A stretch of DNA of 64,000 nt from Paraspadella gotoi (Eukaryota > Animalia > Chaetognatha): assembly GCA_051294375.1 (NCBI GenBank), contig CM119263.1, forward strand, positions 12,191,130 to 12,255,129, written 5' to 3'. Within the stretch, counting starts at the first letter, position 1. Each line of letters starts with the position of its first letter. This document shows, piece by piece, positions 54,367-64,000 of the stretch. Made by a program: the position numbers and the translations under genes. The notes under the pieces were generated by a model. The model made no database searches and had not been told where the DNA came from. It saw only the letters and a program-made list of their open reading frames with translations.

Positions 54367-57300
54367 TTTCGCTCTCCCAACACTGACTTTAAACCCTAAA
54401 ATAATACAGAGTGGATTAGCGGGGCAGCTCTTTCAGCTATTGACTTTCTTTGATCGAATGTCTTATCGAAATTCGATAAAGAGTTTAATACTTAACACAT
54501 TTAACCTTATTTTCAAATTATAAAATAAATGGAAAATAAATGTTGAACCAAAGAAACCGTCAAAAGGTTGAGCTGACTATAATTAAATAGTGATGTGAAT
54601 TACTTTTCAGTTTGGCCAAGATTAATTTTTCTAATTAAGACTATTTAATTTGGTAATGATTGTCTATATAGATCTATATAGATATATATATATCTATATA
54701 GTTCTATATTCTGTAAAAATCAATTCCTTTCCCTTATCCTTCTCCTATTAAATCTTCCTTTCTTTCTTTTTAATTTTTGTTTTCTATGTAGTTAGTTAAC
54801 TTTCAATATAACTTACCATAAACTTTCAAAGTTTTTTTTTCCAATCCGTTCCTTTCTAACCTTTCAAACATACTTTTGTTGTGAATCACAGTTTTTATTC
54901 TTTTTTTTTTCCTCTCCTTTGATTTCCTTCTCTTTAAAATTTCTTTTATCGATCTTCGCGCCCTTCTTCCCTTTCTTTTTCTTTATTTTTTTCGACCGTA
55001 AACAAAGTTACAGTGCAAACGATTCTGCGACACTCGATCCGCCTCTTCACGAATTCGAGGCTCGAATCAATGAAATATCGAAGAAACTAAGGGAGGGCGG
55101 AACAATATAATATAAGTTAGAAAAAAAGAAAATAATAAAGAAACAAAGAAAAAAATATCGATTAACAATAAACATGAGATTAAAATTAAGACAAAAAAAA
55201 CCGTAAATTCTGCCTTAATTAATTGGTAACGTTTTATCACCGTAACCCGGAATTATCGTAGGTATAGCAAGCAAACAAAAAATTTAACGTTATTTCTCTA
55301 AAAGAAAACTGCTTCTAAATCTTTGGCCCAAAAAATAATGGGATCTGATATTAATAATGATCTCACCGGATGCAAAGGAGACTCACCACCGCGCAGACTC
55401 GAAACCCAAGAGTCTCCTTTCATGTAACCCCCCCTCCCAACCCATTCGCGACAACCCCAACCCTCCCGACTCACTCGTGACGATCCCGACCCCATTGTCT
55501 GCCGTGCATCTGACGCCGTAATCCGCGTCGACGGTCAGCGTCAAAACTTTTCCAGTGACGCTCGCCGGGTCCGCGTCCTCGAAGTCACCGTCGTTGCGCG
55601 AGACTTTGAAGGCGACGGCGATCGGGAGGGGATTCGCGTCCGAAGCTGGGGAAGTAGGGATGGGGGGGGTTTAAAAAGTAGGGCAGGGGGGTCATGAAGT
55701 GGGGAAGGTGGTCAGGACGTGGGGGTCGGGTAGTCGGAAAGTGGGGAGGAAAAGAAATAGTACGTAAACTTTCGTGAGGGTTTTCCCCCTTGAGATTTTG
55801 TCTTCGACGTCGTTCGTTATATATGTTGTTCTTTTTGATATTGCTTGTTTTCCCTGTAAATTACCGTTAATTAGGTATTTGCAGTCGCTAATGCTATTAT
55901 TGTTGTTTTGTGGTTTTTGTTTATTCGCCTAATGGATTTTTCCGATCGAACTTAATTATCGAGAATTTAAAAGAGCGAGGTTAATGGAGACAAACTGGCC
56001 TCCTTTGAAAAAAAGAAAGAAAAAAAAAACTAATGCGTGAAAATGAAGAGGAAAAAGAGAAATCTTGGTTTTAAATTGCTACGATTTAAAGAAACTATAA
56101 ATTGATTTATAGCATCAGATGCCGGCTTACGCCGTTCAAACGAACAATTCTGTGTAGTAATTTAATCTTGCCGGTCTTATGAAAACCACCGCTTAAAATC
56201 GATTCCGGATTTTTAAAAAAATAAACTGAAACACCTGCCCACTTTTATCTTTCTTTTTTAGAAACACAAAAACGTCCCTCGATTTTAAAACTGACAAAAA
56301 AAAGTCTCTAGCGAGAGTTAAAAAGCTGAAAACAAACTGTGAAAAAAAATCGACATGAAATATTGAAAATGGCACCGAGGGGGGAAAAGAGGAAAGACAC
56401 GAAATTTTCGGGGAGAAAAAATGGGCTTAAAGGGGGAAGGGGGAAAGAGGGTCGAATATGAGAGGGTGGGGAAAGAAAGTTTAAATAAGAGAGGTGGCGA
56501 AAAAAGAAAGGAATCATGAAATGAGGGATTCATTTTTGAGGCCAATTGAAATGGGTTCGATTTATTGACTGCGAAGAGACGAAAGTCAAAAAGTGAAACG
56601 TGTGCTAAAAACAGAAACGAAGCTCAGCTTCTTTTTTTTAACGACTCTTTCCAGACGAGCGGGAAATTTGATCGTAGTATAAACAAAAATGCAGTCGAGA
56701 CAATAAACAGTTTGGACAATTAACGATTGGCGCAGTTCACTTTTGAGACAATATATGATGCGTTACATCTTTAAAATCCGTAAAATCGTCCATTTCTCTA
56801 GATTAAATAAACAGGGGCTTTTCCAACGATTTAAAAAAATTTAAAAAAAGATTTGAAAAAAAAAAAATCCCGAAAGGGAAAATCAATTAGCGGACGCTTC
56901 TCGATTTCCTCAATCGCCGAAGAAAAAACCCGGGATTATAATGAGTAAAAAAAAAAAAAAAAAATCCGCGCAATTGAATCCATTTTCCCCGAATTCTCCC
57001 GCCCATCTGTCCATCCCTCAATCCATTCATTTCTCAAACTATCTCAAAGGGTCTTTTCCGCAATTTGTTTTTATTTTCCTTTACCGGAAATCCGAGCGGC
57101 CTATATCTCTCCAGCGCGCTAACAGTCGAATCAAGAAGATAACAACCAGATAAATACCCCATTATATACACACAAGTGACTTTTATGAATACGAATGAAA
57201 AAAAAAAAAGCACAAAGTTACCGCGGTTTTTCTTTCTTCAAGTGAAATCACTCGAAACTCTTCTCTTTCCATCTTTTTCGACTCGAAAAAAAGATCCTCG

Positions 57301-57570
57301 ACTCAAAAATGAAAAAAAAAAAAAGGAAAATGAAAAAAAAAAAGAAGGAAAAAATAAGAAAATAAAGAAAGGCAGGGAGTCGAGATCCTCTGAGGAAGAA
57401 TCCCGAATGACTTTCCAGTTTGTGTAAACAATTTTCGAGACATTTCGGTAAAGTATCCAGGAAGAGGAAAAAAAAGGGAGAAAAAAAAAAAAAGAATAAA
57501 TCGATGCGCCGAGCCAAAAACTACGCTCACAGTATCTGTCGCTCTCTCTTCTCTTTCTCTCTCTTTCTCT

Positions 57571-57634
<64 letters not shown>

Positions 57635-57718
57635 TTTTTTTTTCTTTTCTTTCTTTCTTTTCTTTTTTTCTTTTTTCTTTTATCTTTTTCTTTTTTTTTC
57701 TTTTTCTTTTTCGCTCTT

Positions 57719-57803
<85 letters not shown>

Positions 57804-59774
57804 TCGAAGGCCAATAGAAGTTAAAGCNNNNNNNNNNNNNNNNNNNNNNNNNTTAGGAATTTACTATTACTTCGACGTCGTTCGTTATATATGTTGTGTC
57901 TTTTTTGATATATGCTTGTTTTCCCTGTAAATTACAACCGTATTGTGCAGTCGTTAATGCCTATTATGCTGTTTGTTTGGTGTTTTTGTTATATCGCCTT
58001 AATGGATTTTCCGATCGACATTAATTATCGAGAATTTAAAAGAGCGAGAGTGGAGTACAAACTGGCCTCCTTGAAAAAAGAAAGAAAAACAAACAACTAA
58101 TGCGTGAAAATGAATGAAGGAAAAAAGAGAAATCTTGGTTTTTAAATGCTACGTTTAAAGAAAACTATAATTGATATTATAGCATCAGATGCCGCTACTT
58201 CAACGCAAACAAATTCTGTGTAGTAATTTAATCTGCCGTCGTTATTGAAAAACCACCGCTTAAAATCGATTCGCGGATTTTTAAAAAATAAAACTGAAAC
58301 CCTGCCACTTTTATCTTTCTTTTAGAAACAAACGTCCCTCGATTTTAAAACTGACAAAAGTCTCTAGCGAGAGTTAAAAAGCTGAAAACAAACTGTGAAA
58401 AAAAATCGAATGAAATATTGAAAATGGCACCGAGGGGGAGAAAAGAGGAAAGACCGAAAATTTCGGGGAAAAAATGGGCTTAAAAAGAAGGGGAAGGAGG
58501 GTCGAATATGAGAGGGGGGAAAGAAAGTTTAAATAAGGAGAGGGGCGAAAAAAGAAGGAATATGAAATGAGGGATTCATTTTTGAGGCCAATTGAAATGG
58601 ATTCGATTTATTGACTGCGAAGAGACGAAAGTCAAAAGTGAAACTGTGGCTAAACAAAACGAGAGCTCAGCTTTTTTTTTTTACACGACTCTTTCAAGAC
58701 GAGGCGGAAATTTGATCGTAGTATAAACAAAAATGCAGTCGAGACAATAAACAGTTTGGAACAATTACCGATTGGCGCAGTTCATTTTGAGAACAATATA
58801 TGATGCGTTACATCTTTAAAAATCCGTAAATCGTCCATTTCTCTAGATTAAATAAACAGGGCTTTTCAACGATTTAAAAAAATTTAAAAAAGATTTGAAA
58901 AAAAAAATCCCGAAAGGGAAAATCAATTAGCGGACGCTTCTCGATTTCCTCAATCGCCGAAGAAAAAACCCGGGATTATAATGAGTAAAAAAAAATCCGG
59001 CAATTGATTTTTCCCGAATTCTCCCGCATTCTGTCCATCCTCTTCATCCATTCATTTCTCAAACTATCTCAAAGAAAGCCGGTCTTTCCGCAATTGTTTT
59101 TATTTCCTTTACCGAAAATCCGAGCGGCCTATATCTCTCTCCAGCGCGTAACATCGAATCAAGAAGATAACAACCAGATAAATACCCCATTATATACACA
59201 CAAGTGACTTTTATGAATACGAATGTAAAAAAAAAACACAAAGTTACCGCGGTTTTTCTTTCTTCAAGTGAAATTCACTCGAAACTCTTCTCTTTCCATC
59301 TTTCGACTCGAAAAAAAGATCCTCGACTCAAAAATGAAAAAAAAAGGAAAATGAAAAAAAAAAAGAAGGAAAAAATAAGAAAATAAAAGAAAGGCAGGGA
59401 GTCGAGATCCCTGAGAAGAATCCCGAATGACTTTCCAGTTTGTGTAAACAATTTTCGAGACATTTCGGTAAAGTATCCAGGAAGAGGAAAAAAATGGAGA
59501 AAAAAAAAAGAAAAATAAATCGATGCGCCGAGCCAAAAACTACGCTCACTGATCTGTCGCTCCTCTCTCTTTCTTTCTTTCTCTCTCTCTTCTTTCTTTC
59601 TTTCTTTCTCTCTTTCTTTCTTTTCTTTCTTTCTTTCTTTCTTTCTTTCTTTTTCTTTCTTTTTCTTTTCTTTCTTTTCTTTTTTTCTCTTTTTCTTTTT
59701 TCTTTCTTTTTTTTTCTTTTTTATCTTTATTCTTTTTCTTTTTTCTTTTTTTCTTTTCGCTCTTTGTCTCTCTC

Positions 59775-59843
<69 letters not shown>

Positions 59844-60580
59844 CGAAGGCCAATAGAAGTTAAAGCGGGGCTGATCCGGGCAGTAGTAGGAGAGGTGAGG
59901 GGGAAGGGGTTTTGCGTGATCTTCGGTATGCGAGGCGAGTCGTTGAAGGCGTCGGTGGAATTTCACACGTTTGAGCTCGAGGTTAAAGGCAGATGGTAGG
60001 AAAGGCATAATAGGTATTATGGAAATAATTACTAGTCGGATATCCTAGTGAGCTTTTAAAAACTTTGGACTTGTACTTTTTTTAAACTTTAATACAGTAA
60101 GGATTGGTGGCCGAGTAAAGCGAAGATTCATCGGCAAAAGAAACGTTATCTGACTTGGCAGGGCAAGATATCGTAAAGATATTTTGGGTAGAAACTTTGC
60201 ATGCGTTCTGGGAGTAACGAGGGTTGGCGCGCTGTCGGTCAAAGGAGAGGGCGAAGTTTCGAGAAAGGGCGTGGTAGGCCGATCGAGTCACGACTCGAGA
60301 GACAGAGCAAGTCATACGATACAGAGATAATCAAGAACGCTATAGATCGTACAAGACAGATGAAGAAAACATATGTCGGAATTTTTAAACACATTAATAT
60401 TAAATTATAATTCTTAGTTTTCTTCGAAAAGTTAAATTTCACGATGTCTCTTGAGAGAGAGATTGTCCAGAGCCAAAAAGAGACGCGGTGGAAGTTAAAA
60501 GCACTATAACTTTAAATGAAAAGAAAATATCAAACTCAAAAGAATTCAAGATCAATGTGGAAGTTTAAAATGAAAGTGAA

Positions 60581-60647
<67 letters not shown>

Positions 60648-60771
60648 GACGAGAGAAGAAGAGAGAGAAATAAACGAAAACAAATGGCAACAACGGAAAC
60701 GAAAAATCGACAAGTAGGTGCCATTTAGAGGGCAACCTGACCTCAATATAACAGGAACGGTTGCGCGCGTC

Positions 60772-60804
<33 letters not shown>

Positions 60805-63658
60805 CTCCTCGTCTCCCTCGTCTTGTCTCGATGCTTCGTCTTCTCCCTTCGGGATCTCTCTCTCTCTCTTCGTCTTCTAGTCCTTCATCTGTGTCTCCTT
60901 ATTTTCCCATGACGCCCCACTTTCTCTGTCTTATCTTTCAATGTTTTTAAAGCTCTCAAAAACGTCGGCGGAACTGACCTTACTTCAAAATTATGACGAA
61001 AGCAGCTGCCGAGAAAAAAAAAACTAACCGAAAAATTAAATCGAAAAGAAAAAAGCCGGGCGCCTTTAAAAGCTTTATGTTGACTCTAGTAGCTGTTTGT
61101 TTACGTCGTCATAAATCATAAATATTGTCGAGAGGAACCCGCTTGTTATGCTTTTCTCTGTTTATGCTCCACTTGTCCACAAGAATTAAGATTTAAGCGG
61201 CTTATTAGAGTAATTCTAGCGTTTGCCGTCATATTATATAAGTTTGGGTGATAAATAGAACAGAAAATATTTTATGGGCTTGGGAGAGTTTTTAAAATTA
61301 TCGTTAAAAGAAATTGTGTCATCTTTTTACGGAGCAGCAAAACGGTAAGGGGTTCCTCGTATCATGTCAATCCACCCTGTAGAGTATTAGAGTATTAGAC
61401 CCAGAAGACTAACTTACCCTCACAGGTGACCTTAGCTTCGCTTCCGATTTTTTTCCTCTGCTCCATCGGATAGAGGGTGACATTTTTGGGCGGATATTTG
61501 ACGGAGAGTTTGACGTCGCAAGATTTAACGTCTGCGTTAAAAAAAAATAGTTTAGAGTAAAAAAAATACGCTGGGTCAAAATATCTAATATAAGAATAGG
61601 GGGAATTAACTGGTGAACCAATTCACGCAAACACGAATACACTTAATAAATAAAATTAATAAGAAAGCCTCTCGGGAAGCGCCCAGTCAGTTTCATCAGA
61701 GAAAAAAAACGAAACACCCCTCGCATCTTAGTATGAAAACAGTATTAAAACAACAAAAAACAACAAAATATTTCGCAACCTTTTAATCGCGATGAAGCAA
61801 CTGGGGGAATAAAAAAATTATAAAAAAACCAAATGTGATTGTTAATTTTTAAAGTAAAATATTGGTATTTTGAAGCAACAACAGCAGTGTAGATTTACCT
61901 GTTATCAAATAATGATCATGGGAAAACGAAAATAAGACGATAAATATGAAGTTAATAAGTTATTACGTTTAGCAAAATGGTGTCTAGTTTATTAATCAAA
62001 CGTCTTCAATGCAAAGTAGAATATTTGCCTCTGCTTCCTCCATACACACCTGGAATGTCGACAGCGCACGTAACAGAGGCTTCGTTGAGCTCTGAGGTCG
62101 CGACGAGATTGAGGTTGCCGCCCGCAAAATTTTCGCCTTCTGATGGAACGCTGGAGGAGAAAGAGACTCGTAACTTGTAACTCGTAACTCGTCTCATTAA
62201 CGGGATCGTTGCTCTTTTGTTTCTATTCTTATTCCCGTTCGTTTTGGTTTTTTTGATATATATATTTGAGTATATATTCTTAGTTCGTTGACTACACCCT
62301 CCTTTCTTTCATCAATTTGCCTTCTTTCCCTTCTCTTCCTATCTTTCCCATCATCCCAGTTCTTCCTTTCACCTGCCAACTTCCTGGTCCCCGTTCTTCC
62401 ACCGCACCACGATATTATCGTTCCCCCTCTTCATGAGCTTGCACAGTCCCTGAAGCGTCTCTCCTTCCGTCACGACGGGTATTACGGTGGGGCATTCCAG
62501 CTCGTGCCAGATGACGGTGACCTCTTCCTGCGTTTTTTCGCCCACCCCGGTGTCGCACTTGTAATGACCGCCGTTGTCGCCCGCAAGCTTGGGAATTTTG
62601 TACTCGTATTTCGCCGACGCTCCTGTACCTGTATCATTGATTAAGGGGACGAAGAGAGGGGCATTAACATTCGCAACATTCACGCAATTTTCTCAGACAA
62701 AGAAAAAAGTTCGTAAAAGTCTTTCACCCACTGAGAATCGAATCACCCAATTTTTTTTTCTTTCGCCATCTTTTTTTTTTCAGTTTTTCTCAAAAAATAT
62801 TCACCAAAAGAAAAAAAAAACTTTTCGTAACTTTTCCAACACGTTCGAGCAAATCTGAACCAAAAAAAAAGGCAACTAAAAAAGAAGACAATCCCCTCTC
62901 GGATTCTCCATTAGCGTCGGGTGTTTGGTGTGTGTTTTTTTTATCTTTTCCTCCTCCGCTAACGATTTAATTAAAATAATTCACACGAATTTCCGAGACT
63001 AAGAAGAACTCGTCGGGCGGAGGGTCGAGCCAGAGGGTTCTCCTACTACCGCCCTCAACATTTTTACGAATATTCTCTAGGTTTTTTTTTTTTGCTATTG
63101 CTAGCAGTCACCCCCCCCCGCCGACGTTATCCCAACTGCACGCGTCAAGAGTCGCCAACATTTTTAAGGCGTTTTCTCTAGCTGCCAAACTTGCTCAATT
63201 GTTCCAATAATAATAGCGATTTCTTTTAAAAAACGAGCTTATGTCCAAGGTGCCGTCATCGTTGCGATTGCCGCTTTCATTTATCGTCCATCATCCATTT
63301 CACCGTCTTCCAAGCTCGTCGCCCATCGACCCGCGAGCCCAACGCCCACTTGGGGGGCACCACCATTACCCACCCGCCCCGACTTTCCTCACCGTCCACT
63401 TCCAGCACCGTCATGGTCGGCGGGGCTTTTCGGGTCTCGGCCGGAGTCCGCCGATGTAGATGGTGACACTCGTCTTCTCNNNNNNNNNNNNNNNNNNNNN
63501 NNNNAGCCTTTGAATTCTCTGGCTTCGCAGGTCATCGACCAAGGGTCGTCCACGAATTTCGTCGCCGCGCACGACGACCGCCACAACGACGACGACCACA
63601 ACGTCAACAACAAAAACGACGACGCGAGCGACGCGACGAAACCGGATGTGAAGCCCAT
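48482..63658 (-). CDS. Type I transmembrane immunoglobulin-superfamily cell adhesion/receptor protein (about 4-5 Ig-like domains)
   Basis: Signal MGFTSGFVASLASSFLLLTLW. Ig motifs DNGGHYKC, VRWKNG, VKYPPKNV...VTCEASDANP, VRCTADNGVG, VTCPVEP...VTWYKN, NDNGVMLICHA, YEGNPAP. TM AGTIAGVIIAIILIIICALLLVVMW. Tail ends PPRPPPPVVYTE*. The first exon is broken by an N-gap. Confidence 0.85.
50420..50650 (+). mobile_element. tRNA-derived SINE, antisense in an Ig-gene intron
   Basis: A-box TGGCTCATTGAG, B-box GGTTCAATCCC, degenerate cloverleaf with a CTCATGA loop, followed by a GC-rich body. Confidence 0.65.
50517..50601 (+). ncRNA. Twister-ribozyme-like motif within the SINE body (P1/P2 imperfect)
   Basis: UAA-GCC-GC-C, P3 UUGGGGG/CCCUCAA, P4 CCUGG/CCAGG closing U-UCC-AA-GC, and a downstream GA-GGG complementary to UCC. 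Confidence 0.5.
55802..59866. repeat. About 2-kb tandem duplication across an N-gap (probable assembly artefact)
   Basis: 55802-57827 and 57870-59866 are near-identical and differ mainly by 1-nt homopolymer indels; they are separated by the gap at 57828-57852. Confidence 0.85.
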
Positions 63659-64000
63659 CGTCGCCGATTCGATACAATTTTAATTAGAGATTTAAATCGA
63701 AGTCTTTGAAATTGTTTTGCTCCTCAGTTGTTTTTTTTTAGTTTCTTTTTTTTTTTTCAGTTTTTTCTCGATCACGTGTATAGTTTATTTTTAGTTCGGC
63801 TCGTTGAACCCACGGATTAATTTTTTTTGTTTTTGTTTTTTATGTTGATGGGCACGGCTTATATGATTTTTGCAAGGATAAATTCCAAAACGAAATATGA
63901 GCAATGAAAAAAGACAGACGATTAAGATTTTGAAGCAGACGAGTTTCCAGACTTTTAGCTCCAAGTTAAGGACACTTTCTTTTTTTTTTTTTATTTTTTT

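Noticed and set aside
60095-60235. Extra Ig-gene exon (RANPRYSQNACK...)
   Set aside because: Out of phase with the 61532-61418 exon, which joins correctly to the exon at 55645 (CEASDANP).

Overview
AT-rich, intron-rich metazoan (invertebrate-type) genomic DNA with many (GA/CT)n microsatellites, five short N-gaps plus one more in the last gene, and one probable assembly duplication. Spliced genes were reconstructed by hand from GT/GC-AG boundaries and reading phase. In order they are: a secreted SUEL-lectin/TB/EGF (fibrillin-like) protein (-, runs off the left edge); a PhyH-family 2-oxoglutarate dioxygenase homologue lacking both Fe-binding histidines (+); a TPR-SET/MYND-postSET-MYND SMYD-type methyltransferase (-); FARP (FERM-RhoGEF-PH-PH, +); a divergent tektin-3/5 (-); a GT31 beta-1,3-galactosyltransferase (+); and a type I Ig-superfamily receptor (-). 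The most striking non-coding signals are ribozyme-bearing mobile elements. One FARP intron holds a 2.5-kb nested palindrome: a TIR element whose 8-bp target duplication copies the splice donor, containing a Penelope-like fragment with two inverted minimal hammerhead ribozymes. A tRNA-headed SINE in the Ig gene carries a twister-ribozyme-like core. All calls come from reading the sequence; no database search was run.
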